Positions 32,543 through 42,532 of a DNA stretch of 64,000 bases are shown piece by piece. The translations under genes and the position numbers were made by a program. The stretch is from positions 32,001 to 96,000 of the IMG/VR virus record IMGVR_UViG_3300035183_000460. One strand, written 5' to 3'. Each line of letters opens with the position of its first letter. Positions within the stretch are counted from its first letter, which is position 1. The stretch comes from a virus. The notes under the pieces are model-generated. The model did no database searches. It had not been told where the DNA came from and saw only the letters and a list, made by a program, of their open reading frames with translations.

Positions 32543-32901
32543 ATTTGGCGTCAGAATTAAGTAGTAAAGAACATACTTTTGCAGAATACATTGCCAAATT
32601 ATTTACAGGAAAATTAATTGAATTATATGTTGGTGATTCATATGAGCATATTACTTTAGATCAGCATTCTTCACAATATCCTGCAGTGTTTTGTGGTAAA
32701 GTAGTTGGAGCATATAAAGAATGTTTAATTATAAATTCTGTTTATGTTAAAGAAAAACAAATTACATTTGGTAAAATAATATTAATTAATGAAAGATCTA
32801 TTAAAGCTTTAAGTGAAGTTGATGGAAAAGGTAAATTACAAGAATTATTTTTGAGTAGTGCCGATACAGTTAGGGTAATAAAAGATTTGGTTGGTAAATA
32901 A
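32518..32901 (+). CDS. Hypothetical protein (Sm/SH3-like beta fold?)
   Basis: Operon-packed ORF. Confidence 0.65.
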   Translation: MVSEQECLNLASELSSKEHTFAEYIAKLFTGKLIELYVGDSYEHITLDQHSSQYPAVFCGKVVGAYKECLIINSVYVKEKQITFGKIILINERSIKALSEVDGKGKLQELFLSSADTVRVIKDLVGK

Positions 32902-33584
32902 TGAATGAAAATTATATTTATAAAATCGCTTATATTAAAAAATTGCCTGGCAATAAATGGAGAGTCCTTTCAGAAAAAGGAAAAAATTTAGGAACATATG
33001 ATTCAAAAGAAGAGGCAGAAAAGCGATTAAAACAAATTGAAATGTTTAAACATATGAAAAAAAAGAAGGCTTCTGTTATTGATTTAACAGATGTAGATAA
33101 TTTTAGTCTATCTGCAATTATGAGAAAAATGAGAAAAGAATGTTCTAATGAACAGATATTAGACTTTCTTAAAATTTATAAAAATTATTTTGATGATGCT
33201 ATTAAAAGGGGATTGGAAAATCCAGAAAAATTATCTTTATCAAAATCATTGGTAGATTTTAATAAAATTAATCCAATAAAAATAAATAAAAATGTAATTA
33301 AAACTGCAGCTATTACAGAGCTTGGAAATCCTGCTCAAGTAGGTCAATATTTAGCTAATATTATTAAATTTATATTAAGAAGGATATCTGAAAAAAATCG
33401 TGTAAAAGCAATTTTAAATCTTAAAAGTAAATTATATAATTTAAATGTTAATGAAATTGCTTCTAAGCAAATGCCAGCATCATCTGCACTTGGACAATCT
33501 ATTACTTTAGTTAAACATATTTTATTTAATCATGATCCTAAATATGTTAAAGAAGTTATTGATAACATAATAATAAACTTATAA
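32901..33584 (+). CDS. Head-associated hypothetical protein
   Basis: W.V.SEKGKNLGTY.SK.EA.KRL.QIE.FKH motif typical of phage head-region genes; K-x-A motifs. Confidence 0.65.
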   Translation: MNENYIYKIAYIKKLPGNKWRVLSEKGKNLGTYDSKEEAEKRLKQIEMFKHMKKKKASVIDLTDVDNFSLSAIMRKMRKECSNEQILDFLKIYKNYFDDAIKRGLENPEKLSLSKSLVDFNKINPIKINKNVIKTAAITELGNPAQVGQYLANIIKFILRRISEKNRVKAILNLKSKLYNLNVNEIASKQMPASSALGQSITLVKHILFNHDPKYVKEVIDNIIINL

Positions 33585-33593
33585 TGATAAAAA

Positions 33594-34328
33594 ATGATAA
33601 AACGATTTAGAAAAGTAACAAATAATTTGTATAGAGGCGGTGCTCCATCAGTAAAAGATGTAGTTAAGCTTAATAAATTATTTGGTATACAAAAAATTGT
33701 AAGTTTAGATGCTTCTGCAGGAGAAAAAATACATAATATATGCAAAATGTTAAACATAGAACATATTATTATTCCTTTAGATGGTTCTAGAAAAAGTATA
33801 TTTAATTTATTTTCTTATGATTTAAAAGAATTATTGGATAGTGGTGTTCCTACATTTGTACATTGTCAAGAAGGCAAAGATAGAACTGGTTTTGTTATAG
33901 CATTATTTAAATGTAAATATTTAAATGTAGATCCTTCAGATGCTATTAAAGAAGCGGAAGGTTTAGGGTTTGGTAAAGGAGTATCTCCATCTGTTATTAA
34001 TCTATATAAAAAAATAATTAATTCAAATGCAGACATAAATAATTCTGATATTGTATCAAATGAAAGAGAGTATATACAAGATGAAAAATCATCTGCTTTA
34101 GATAGAGCAGATAGGGGTTCTTTTGCTCCTTATCTAGATAAGACTAGGCAATATCCATACGATTCGGTATATCAATATCAAAATAGACAGGGAGATACTA
34201 GAGATAGTTGCAATGAAAAATATTATGTAAAAACCACACATATTCCGTTAGTTGGATTGTATGATAATACTTCTGGGATAAAAGGAGTTGGACCAGTAGA
34301 AATTGGTGGAGGTTTTGTTGGAATATAA
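33594..34328 (+). CDS. Protein tyrosine/dual-specificity phosphatase
   Basis: LYRGGAP; P.FVHCQEGKDRTG (HCX5R). Confidence 0.88.
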   Translation: MIKRFRKVTNNLYRGGAPSVKDVVKLNKLFGIQKIVSLDASAGEKIHNICKMLNIEHIIIPLDGSRKSIFNLFSYDLKELLDSGVPTFVHCQEGKDRTGFVIALFKCKYLNVDPSDAIKEAEGLGFGKGVSPSVINLYKKIINSNADINNSDIVSNEREYIQDEKSSALDRADRGSFAPYLDKTRQYPYDSVYQYQNRQGDTRDSCNEKYYVKTTHIPLVGLYDNTSGIKGVGPVEIGGGFVGI

Positions 34329-34401
34329 TCATATTTTAAGTAAATATAATAATTATAAGTACAATATTAATATTAAAATTCAATAGATGTTGGAAAAATA
34401 A

Positions 34402-35019
34402 ATGAAAAAAGTAGGACTCTCCATAGAAATGTCATATGATATAACTGATGCTGAAAAACAACAGGCAGAAAAAGCTGTTTATGCATTTAAACAATCTCTA
34501 AAAGTTTTAAAACAAGCTAAAGATCATTTAAATATTATGCTTACTCCATTTAAAGATCATCCAGATATATCAGAAGATCAAATATTTAAATTTAGAGCAG
34601 CATTAAGGCGTTATCGTGATAAATCTATAGAAAATTTTAATAATTTTAAAATTATGGCATTCAAATGCATTACATTAATGCAAATGTTTTCTTTTGATAC
34701 TCAAATTTATAAATTAATGAAATCATTTATTGCTTCGATTGAAAAATTAGAAATAGAGGTAAATAAATTTGCAGACTTGTTTTCAAATTTAAAATCAAAA
34801 GAATTTGTATCAGATATTGTAAAAAGTATTGAGTCTATTAAGAAAGAATGCGACAATATTTATAATATTGTTGATTCTCGTCTTATAAGTCATATTAGTA
34901 CTAATATATTAGCTACTAATTGGGTAGATGAAGTTGGTAAAAAAATTAATAAATCAATAGAGTATAAAGCTCCATTGATTATTGATTTGTTTAATAAACA
35001 CAATAATGAAAATAGTTAG
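34402..35019 (+). CDS. Hypothetical helical protein
   Basis: Operon ORF. Confidence 0.7.
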   Translation: MKKVGLSIEMSYDITDAEKQQAEKAVYAFKQSLKVLKQAKDHLNIMLTPFKDHPDISEDQIFKFRAALRRYRDKSIENFNNFKIMAFKCITLMQMFSFDTQIYKLMKSFIASIEKLEIEVNKFADLFSNLKSKEFVSDIVKSIESIKKECDNIYNIVDSRLISHISTNILATNWVDEVGKKINKSIEYKAPLIIDLFNKHNNENS

Positions 35020-35143
35020 TAATAATATTAAAAATAATTCTATGAATATTATAATATAGGTGTTGTATAACTATTTTAGTTGCTTTTTGGTAATAATTAG
35101 TTATAATTGTGTGATTATTAAATAATCTTTATAAGGATATATA

Positions 35144-35305
35144 ATGTTTATTAAACATGGTGATGGTAAAATAATCTCAGTTTTTAAAAAAGAAGATATT
35201 GACGAACAACAAAAAACAGCAATTAATGAAGTCGAAAGTGAAATAAAAAAAGAATCATATATAGATCATAAAGATCTTAAAAGTAAAGAACAGAGGTTTA
35301 ATTAA
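35144..35305 (+). CDS. Small 53-aa protein missed by the ORF track
   Basis: SD aagga; MFIKHGDGKIISVFKKEDIDEQQKTAINEVESEIKKESYIDHKDLKSKEQRFN*; TAATG overlap with the protease gene. Confidence 0.65.
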   Translation: MFIKHGDGKIISVFKKEDIDEQQKTAINEVESEIKKESYIDHKDLKSKEQRFN

Positions 35306-38300
35306 TGCAATATGGATTTATTAAATTAGGTGAATGGCTAGAAGCTAGCAGAGTTGAAGAATTTTCCTCAGTAGCTCCAATTATTGATGATTTTGTTGTT
35401 CAAGAACATTTTAAGAAGATAGCCGCAGGTTTGAAAACAATAGCTCCCAAAGCAGAGGATTTTTTATATTTTTCTGCTGTAATGATGCATGCCGCTGAAG
35501 CTAGCGCGCTTAATCCAGATGGCACACCAAAATTAACAGCAACTGGTGAGCCAGTTAAAGTTGGTTGGATTAAAGATAAAGGATCTTGGCGTTGGACTAC
35601 AAATGATAAATCTATTAGACCATATAAAAATTCTAATGGAGACATCTTTCCAGAAGAAGAATTAATAAAAGCCCATAGAAAATGGGTTGGTAAACCTCTT
35701 TGTGTCGATCATAAATCTGATTCTGTAGATCATGTAAGAGGTTTTATAGTTGATACTTATTATGATCGTAATTTAAAACGTGTAGTTGCTTTATGTGCAC
35801 TTGATAAACATAATTATCCTGAATTAGCTAGAAAAGTAGCAACAGGTTATTCAACATGTGTTTCTATGGGTACTGCAGTAGGTCAAGCTATTTGTTCTGA
35901 TTGTGGTCAAGTAGCTAGAACTGAAAAAGATTTTTGTAATCATATGCGCAGTAAAACATGTTATGGTGAAATTAATATTGATTTAAGTCCAATTGAATTA
36001 TCAATTGTTGTTAATGGGGCAGATCCTCAGGCTAAAATTAAACACATTATTGCTGCGGCTAATAATTTAAATAATTATGTTTCTTTAAAAGAAAAAGAAT
36101 TAAACAAACTATCAGTTAATAATAATGCATATGAATTAATTAATATTAGAAAAGATTTAGATGAAACTATAACAAAGTTGGCTAAATTGGAAGAAATTAT
36201 ATTAGAAGAAAAATTACAAAAAGATACTAATGATTTAGCATTAAATCAAACGGCTAGTACAGCAACGATGCAAGAAACTGATGTACCTAGCACAGATTTT
36301 AATATAGCTCCGCCAGCTCAAAGATTAGCATCTAAAGAAAAAGATGCTTTAATTAAAGAATTTCAAGCTATTGCAACTTCATTAGAGGCAAAGGTTGCTG
36401 ACATGAAAAAAAATTTGGATAAGTTATCAAATAATAATATTTTAAATAAAGAGGAACATATGTCTGAATCAAAGGATAATTTAAATAAACAAGCATTTTA
36501 TCAAGGAACAGAAGAACCTACTCCAGGTCAAGCTAAATATACTAAAGATCCATTAAATGAAAAACTTCGTACTGATGGAGATAAACACATGAATCTTAAT
36601 CCTAAAGATATTGGAGAAGTTGATGAAATTTTCCCTGGAGATCTAGAAAAGAAAAAAATGCTGGCTAGGGCTCAGGCTGAAGAACGCGCAATGCGTAGAC
36701 AATATGCCATATCTAAAGCAAAAGAAGCTTTGGAAAAAAAGTCTTGGTTTCAAGGTGGTGGTGGCGTTAATGAACCAACTCCTGGTAAAACAAAATATAC
36801 ACCTGATAAAATGAATGAAGATTTGCGTGAAAAATCTGATAAGCAAATGGTTGGCAAAAAACCTTTCCCAGGTGTCGGAGATGTAGATGATATGTATCCG
36901 AATGATAGAAAAGTTAAAGAGCCACTTAAGAGAGCTTCATTAAGGGCACGATTCGTTAAGGCTGCTAATAAAGATGGCACTCAAAATCTTGGTGATAGTG
37001 CATGGGAAGTTTATTTGGGTGACGAATTATTACTTACTGCTTCCGTATCTGATCTTTCTGGTCAACGTGCAGAATTACTATATGATACTATTGCTACAAA
37101 AGATTTTGGTAGCAAATTAATTGAAAAGATAAAAGTGTTTGGTGCTGATAAAGTTGCTAAAATGTACAAAATTGCACAAGATGTTGCTCCAGGTACTGCA
37201 GCACAAAACGTAGCTCCAGCACAAAACGCAGCTCCAGCACAAGTTACACCTCCAAATCCTAATGTAGTTCCAGCTAAAGATGCTGTTCAGACACCTGATG
37301 CAACTCAAACATCAAGTACTGATGCAACTACAGATGCTGGTTCAGCAAAAGGTGATCCAAAAGAAACAGTTAAAGATTTAATGAATAAGACAGTAGATGT
37401 AGTATCTGATCTTAAAGAATCAGTTGATGCATTAATTGGTGAGCAATCTGAAATGGGTGATTTGGGAGAGTTGGGCAAATCTGCTTCAGATACCAATACT
37501 GCTTTAAATAAGATGAGAGTTGAACTTAATGGCGCTCTTATTGATGCTATGAAAGAAACAATTGCAGAATTAGAAGATCATCATGAAGAATTAAAGATGA
37601 TTTATGCAATGTATGATAAAGGCACAATTAGTTCGTCAAATGATGAATTTGTTAAATCTATTGTTGAAGACGCTATAACTGACGCAAAAACTTCACTTGC
37701 TGACTCATTTAAATTAATGAGTGCGTTTGTTAAATATGCCCGTGGTACTGAGGCTATTGTAAAGCGTGCATCATTAGAGGCAGATTTAAATAAATTAGCA
37801 GAATCAAATATGGAATTAGAAGAATCAGATTTAGATGATTTAGATCGTGATAATAATGGAGAATTAATGGATATGATAGAGTCTACCGATACAGATCTCT
37901 CTAATCTAAAAAAAGAAGTTGATTATGTAGATGATTCATCATCTGTTGATTCGTCTTCTTCTGATTCATCATCTGTTGATTCGTCTTCTTATGATTCATC
38001 ATCTGTTGATTCATCTTCTTCTGATTCATCATCAGTTGATGATTCTTGTGATGAACAATCTGCAGATATGGTAGCTGTAGAAACACCATCTGGTAAAAAA
38101 GTAACAGTTCCACAAGGTTCTAAGGTTTCTGAAGCTTCATTTGATTTACAAACAAAAGAAGGCAGGGCATTATATAGAGCTAAATTAGCATCTGAAATGT
38201 TAGAAACAAGCCCTCATTTAAATGAAGCTCATCCAAAAGGTGGGTATACTACTGATTTAGATGTTAAGCCAAGTGGCGATTTAGCTAAGGTTGAAGATCT

Positions 38301-38862
38301 TAATGAACAACATGATGCTATGATGGATGTTGCAACTGCTCCTCCAAAAGTACGTAAAGAAGCAGAAGCAATTCAACAATTAATTGTTGAAGGCAAGCTT
38401 GATCCAAATGAAGTAGATGCATTAGTTGCAGAAGGTCTTGATAAAGACGCTGTTGCTTATTGGAAGAAATTCTATGGTCAAGTCGGTTCTGAAGGATCAG
38501 AATTCGCTGCTGAATTAGTTAAAGAGCATGCTAAGGCAAAAGCACAAGAAGAAATGGAAGCTTATAAAGTTAAGCTTGCTAGAGCTTATGAATTAACCTA
38601 TGATATGGTTGATCGTGGACTATGCGCTCGTGATAGATCAGCCATTACTGCTCAAGTTAACGAAATTATGAAATTTAACGATGAAGGATTTGAATCACTT
38701 AAACGTGTGGTTTCAAGACATAATTTAGTTAAAGAGGCTGGTCATGTACCGCAAGTTGGATTAATTGGTTCTAGCGAATCCGTTGCCGCTAAAGTTGAAT
38801 CAGATAATTTATTTGAACAATTAAATGCCGCGTTTTCAAAATCAACAAAGAGATTGTTTTAA
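35305..38862 (+). CDS. Prohead protease fused to scaffold/core protein
   Basis: NSNGDIF..EEL...W.GKP..DH, VSMG, CxxC, ELSIV..GADPQAKI (HK97/herpes-type protease motifs), then a long coiled-coil/low-complexity region. Confidence 0.8.
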   Translation: MQYGFIKLGEWLEASRVEEFSSVAPIIDDFVVQEHFKKIAAGLKTIAPKAEDFLYFSAVMMHAAEASALNPDGTPKLTATGEPVKVGWIKDKGSWRWTTNDKSIRPYKNSNGDIFPEEELIKAHRKWVGKPLCVDHKSDSVDHVRGFIVDTYYDRNLKRVVALCALDKHNYPELARKVATGYSTCVSMGTAVGQAICSDCGQVARTEKDFCNHMRSKTCYGEINIDLSPIELSIVVNGADPQAKIKHIIAAANNLNNYVSLKEKELNKLSVNNNAYELINIRKDLDETITKLAKLEEIILEEKLQKDTNDLALNQTASTATMQETDVPSTDFNIAPPAQRLASKEKDALIKEFQAIATSLEAKVADMKKNLDKLSNNNILNKEEHMSESKDNLNKQAFYQGTEEPTPGQAKYTKDPLNEKLRTDGDKHMNLNPKDIGEVDEIFPGDLEKKKMLARAQAEERAMRRQYAISKAKEALEKKSWFQGGGGVNEPTPGKTKYTPDKMNEDLREKSDKQMVGKKPFPGVGDVDDMYPNDRKVKEPLKRASLRARFVKAANKDGTQNLGDSAWEVYLGDELLLTASVSDLSGQRAELLYDTIATKDFGSKLIEKIKVFGADKVAKMYKIAQDVAPGTAAQNVAPAQNAAPAQVTPPNPNVVPAKDAVQTPDATQTSSTDATTDAGSAKGDPKETVKDLMNKTVDVVSDLKESVDALIGEQSEMGDLGELGKSASDTNTALNKMRVELNGALIDAMKETIAELEDHHEELKMIYAMYDKGTISSSNDEFVKSIVEDAITDAKTSLADSFKLMSAFVKYARGTEAIVKRASLEADLNKLAESNMELEESDLDDLDRDNNGELMDMIESTDTDLSNLKKEVDYVDDSSSVDSSSSDSSSVDSSSYDSSSVDSSSSDSSSVDDSCDEQSADMVAVETPSGKKVTVPQGSKVSEASFDLQTKEGRALYRAKLASEMLETSPHLNEAHPKGGYTTDLDVKPSGDLAKVEDLNEQHDAMMDVATAPPKVRKEAEAIQQLIVEGKLDPNEVDALVAEGLDKDAVAYWKKFYGQVGSEGSEFAAELVKEHAKAKAQEEMEAYKVKLARAYELTYDMVDRGLCARDRSAITAQVNEIMKFNDEGFESLKRVVSRHNLVKEAGHVPQVGLIGSSESVAAKVESDNLFEQLNAAFSKSTKRLF
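37933..38040 (+). repeat. 15-bp coding tandem repeat x7 (DSSS[V/S/Y])
   Basis: gattcatcatctgtt / gattcgtcttct units. Confidence 0.9.
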
Positions 38863-38871
38863 TAAGGGGCA

Positions 38872-39513
38872 ATGAATATGAAAACAAAAAGCGTATCTGA
38901 ATTAATAGCACTAGGAATGAACGACGTTCTTAATAGCGAAGAGATGTCAAATTTATTCAATACTAATTATAAAACAGCCAAACATAAATGTGACTGTGAA
39001 TGTGAATGTGAAATGGATCATGATAATTCTTTGGATAAAGAAGACTGTAGCATGTCATCTGTTGAAGAGTACGATGATGATTCTAAAGAAGTTGAAGCAT
39101 ATAATATTGCAATAGAAGGTTTGATAAAAGCATCGGCAGCACTTGATTATGTTGGATTTGAAAAGGGTGCGTTTGCTAGCCTTGGACTAGCTAGTTTGGT
39201 TGCAGAAGCAAAAAAGAAAAAACAAAAAGATAAGAAAGATAAAAAAGATAAACAAGATAAAAAAGATTCTACAAAATCTTTAAAAGATAGTGGTAAATCA
39301 ATGAAAGATTCTACAAAATCTTTAAAAGATAGTGGTAAATCAATGAAAGATTCTACAAAATCTTTAAAAGATAGCGGTAAATCAATGAAAGATTCTACAA
39401 AATCTTCAAATTCAAAAGATAGCGGTAAATCAATGAATGATTCTACAAAATCTTCAAAAGATAGTGTTAGATCAATGAAAGATGCTACGAAATATGTAAA
39501 AAAATATGTATAA
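38872..39513 (+). CDS. Putative internal head protein with Lys/Ser repeat tail
   Basis: NYKTAK; ASAALDYVGFEKGA; KDSTKSLKDSGKSM repeats. Confidence 0.7.
   Translation: MNMKTKSVSELIALGMNDVLNSEEMSNLFNTNYKTAKHKCDCECECEMDHDNSLDKEDCSMSSVEEYDDDSKEVEAYNIAIEGLIKASAALDYVGFEKGAFASLGLASLVAEAKKKKQKDKKDKKDKQDKKDSTKSLKDSGKSMKDSTKSLKDSGKSMKDSTKSLKDSGKSMKDSTKSSNSKDSGKSMNDSTKSSKDSVRSMKDATKYVKKYV
39262..39489 (+). repeat. 42-bp coding tandem repeat (~5 copies of KDSTKSLKDSGKSM)
   Basis: aaagattctacaaaatctttaaaagatagtggtaaatcaatg repeated. Confidence 0.9.
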
Positions 39514-39626
39514 GTTGTATAAAACATTAAATTAAATTTTTATAAATATTGAAAATAAATAAACACTTATACTAATAAAATATTTGTGTTAATTTTATCT
39601 ATAAAATAGAAATAATAAGGTATAAT

Positions 39627-40022
39627 ATGACCGATAGATTGTTTAAATTGGGAAGCGTTGCAGATGAATTGATGACAAATATGGAAAAAGAGCTTTCCTC
39701 TATTCAGAAAGATAATAAAATAGCAAAAGTGTCAAAAGCTTTTGATTATTTAAATTATGCAGCAGAATTATTTGATGATGTTGGTCGTATTAAAGAAGCA
39801 GAAGTAATTACTAAATTAATTGAAAAAATGGCTAGTGATGATATTCCAGAAGTATTTGAAATAAAAAGTTTGTTGCATGATACTGAAGAAAAATCATCTG
39901 AAGAACCTGAAGGTAAACTTTTAAAGTTCAAAAGTTTGTTACATAAAGAAAAGCCAAAGTCTCATCCAGGTGATGAGCTTTTTGAATTTGATGAAAAAGA
40001 TTTTACTAAAAAAAAAGTATAG
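39627..40022 (+). CDS. Putative internal head protein (0-frame product; -1 shift extends it to 40216)
   Basis: AAELFDDVG..KEAEVI..EKMAS; ends just after the A9 run at 40008-40016. Confidence 0.7.
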   Translation: MTDRLFKLGSVADELMTNMEKELSSIQKDNKIAKVSKAFDYLNYAAELFDDVGRIKEAEVITKLIEKMASDDIPEVFEIKSLLHDTEEKSSEEPEGKLLKFKSLLHKEKPKSHPGDELFEFDEKDFTKKKV

Positions 40023-40261
40023 CTACTAATAAAAATAAAAATATTAATTTATCATCTAAGCAAATAATAAAAAATTTATTAGAAACAGGTAATTCATTTT
40101 ATTATTATGCTGATGATAAAAATTATGCTGATTTATTAAATTCAGATATTGAAGATTGTATCGAAGTAAATAATTCAGATTCTTATTTAGATATGGAATT
40201 TGAGGACGAGATATAATTTTATATATATATTTGATATATTCAAATATAAAAAGGTAAGATA

Positions 40262-40948
40262 ATGCTTCGATTGGTTAATATTGGAAATTCTCAGCCAGTT
40301 AGTTTTATATGTGATCCAAGTGCTCAATTTGAGCCAGGAATGATTGCAGAATTAACAGTAATAGGTAATCAGGTAATGGCAACGGTTTCTAAAGGAACCG
40401 CTCCAATTGGAGTAATTGATGATATTAGGACTAAAGCATTTTATGCAGTTTCCTGGAATGAAGTAGTAATTGTTCCTGCTACTGGAGTTATGAGTGGTGG
40501 TAAATTAGTTACTCCAGTAGATATTACTGCTAATTTAAAATATCCATATATTACAGCATCAAGCTTTGCTTCAACAGTTGATGTTAAATTAAATGCTATA
40601 AATGGAACTATTACTTTTATAGCTGGAACTGAACTTAATTTTGATGCGACTGGAAGCGGATCGCCAAATGCAATTAGAACTATTGTCAGTTATACTTATC
40701 AAGTTCCTAATATTCCAGGAGATGATAGCACCCAAGGTTCTGGACGCATTACAGTCTGGTATCAACGAATGTTTTTTCAGACTAATAAATATGAAACTAA
40801 TCAACAATATCCAGTTAAAGCAAATCTTTATGTTAGCGAAAATGGATTATTAACTACTAGAAAGCCTAGTAATATTCATCCTGCTGTTGCTATGGTTACT
40901 GCGCCACCTTCCCCAATTAATTCTTTTATTGAAGCGCTTTGGTTTTAA
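40262..40948 (+). CDS. Capsid decoration/cement-like protein
   Basis: Beta-rich; F.PG, PIGVID, GSGRITVW, Y.....LYVSENGLLT; paralogous to 47798. Confidence 0.6.
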   Translation: MLRLVNIGNSQPVSFICDPSAQFEPGMIAELTVIGNQVMATVSKGTAPIGVIDDIRTKAFYAVSWNEVVIVPATGVMSGGKLVTPVDITANLKYPYITASSFASTVDVKLNAINGTITFIAGTELNFDATGSGSPNAIRTIVSYTYQVPNIPGDDSTQGSGRITVWYQRMFFQTNKYETNQQYPVKANLYVSENGLLTTRKPSNIHPAVAMVTAPPSPINSFIEALWF

Positions 40949-41047
40949 ATTATATTCAATAAATTAAAAATATCGATAATAAGACATCATTTATATCTAT
41001 ACTTTAGCATAGTTATAGATTAATTTTATTTTATTGAGGTCTAAATA

Positions 41048-42529
41048 ATGTCTTTTAAACATATTAAATTTGAAGATTCAATCACTATGAGATCATTAGA
41101 AAAATTAGCAGTTTCTAAGGGTTTGATTAAACCTGATGCTGTTATTAAAATTGCAAACAAATCAGAAAACAAGGATTTTAGACCAACAAATGATTTTACA
41201 GTGAATATAATTAAATTATGTGAAGGTTTAAGATCATTTGGTTTTACTAAACAAGCAGAAGAAATTGAATTAAAATTTTTATTATTTAAAAAAGCTTCTG
41301 CAGATAATTATAACACTTCAAAAGAAGTTGGAGAAGATTTGGTTGAAGCTGCACATCCAGAAGGAAGTCATACTATTGAAAATGTTTTAGGTGATGCCGT
41401 CGTAGAAACAATTGTTGATCAAAAAAAGAAAATTGAAGATATTGTTAATAAAAAGCCAACCGGCAAATTTGCATCAAATAAAGATATTGTAGAGGCAGTA
41501 AAATTATCTTTAGGTGGAGTTGCAGAATTTAGTGCGGCAGATTTAGGATCCAAACAAGGTGTATTTGCAAAAATTTTGCAGTTATTAACTAGATCTTCTC
41601 CAGCTACTATAGAAACAGGAGGAGCTGTAGGAGCAGGAGAAGTGGCAGCTACAGGAATAGGAGCAACTACAGTTTCTACTACCGCTTCTGCATTAGCAAT
41701 TCCATTAGCTGCCATTGTTGGTGGATACATTGGATACAAAATATTTGAGAATAAATTTTATTCTACTGATTTAAAAAAAGCTTATGACAATTGCATTTCA
41801 GAGGCAAATGATGTTTTAAAATTGATGTCAGATAAACAAATTGTTGATTTGAAACATTTAAAAGAAAATTTTATGGCTGCAATGGATTTATCTGAAAAAA
41901 TGTCTGCAAATGCAAAAGATCCAAAAGTTAAAGATGTCATGATGATGAAATCATATATTAATCATTTACTAGATGCTATGAATGCAGCCGCATCATTAAT
42001 GTCATGGGCTCGTGGTAAACGCACTAAAACAGAAGGTATGAAACCTGGAACGTTTGTTAGCGATGACAGTATATGGTCAGAATATATAGCTTCGTCGCCT
42101 TTTCTTTTGCTGTCTGATGCATCTCAGCTAAAAGATTTAGAACTGGCTGCTGGTAATTTTATTAATGTTGCTTCAAAAGCAAAAGCAGAAACTCAGCATA
42201 CAATTAATTCTATAATTTCTGATGTTACAGAAAAAGCTAATGAAGAAATAAAACAACAAGGTGGAGAATCAGTTGTAGAGTTACAAAAAGCACAAGATGA
42301 AGCATTAAAAACTATTAATATATGGAAATACAAAATCAATGCTGGACAATATGAAAATAAAAATGTTTTATTAAGCTTTTTAAATAAAGCTGAAAAAATT
42401 ATTACAGATCAGAAAAATGCTTTTGACTCTGCAAAAGAAAACAAAGTATATATTGTTAAAGAATATAAAGAGAAATTAGATAAAGTTTTACAAAAATTAG
42501 AAATATTTAAGAGCCACTGGATAAAGTAA
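41048..42529 (+). CDS. Putative internal/ejection protein with hydrophobic Gly/Ala segment
   Basis: AHP..VE module; ALAIPLAAIVGGYIGY hydrophobic helix. Confidence 0.6.
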   Translation: MSFKHIKFEDSITMRSLEKLAVSKGLIKPDAVIKIANKSENKDFRPTNDFTVNIIKLCEGLRSFGFTKQAEEIELKFLLFKKASADNYNTSKEVGEDLVEAAHPEGSHTIENVLGDAVVETIVDQKKKIEDIVNKKPTGKFASNKDIVEAVKLSLGGVAEFSAADLGSKQGVFAKILQLLTRSSPATIETGGAVGAGEVAATGIGATTVSTTASALAIPLAAIVGGYIGYKIFENKFYSTDLKKAYDNCISEANDVLKLMSDKQIVDLKHLKENFMAAMDLSEKMSANAKDPKVKDVMMMKSYINHLLDAMNAAASLMSWARGKRTKTEGMKPGTFVSDDSIWSEYIASSPFLLLSDASQLKDLELAAGNFINVASKAKAETQHTINSIISDVTEKANEEIKQQGGESVVELQKAQDEALKTINIWKYKINAGQYENKNVLLSFLNKAEKIITDQKNAFDSAKENKVYIVKEYKEKLDKVLQKLEIFKSHWIK

Positions 42530-42532
42530 TAA

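Noticed and set aside
40020-40070. TAG readthrough or alternative genetic code
   Set aside because: The 0 frame closes again within ~15 codons; TAG ends several tightly packed genes and long genes are unbroken in code 11
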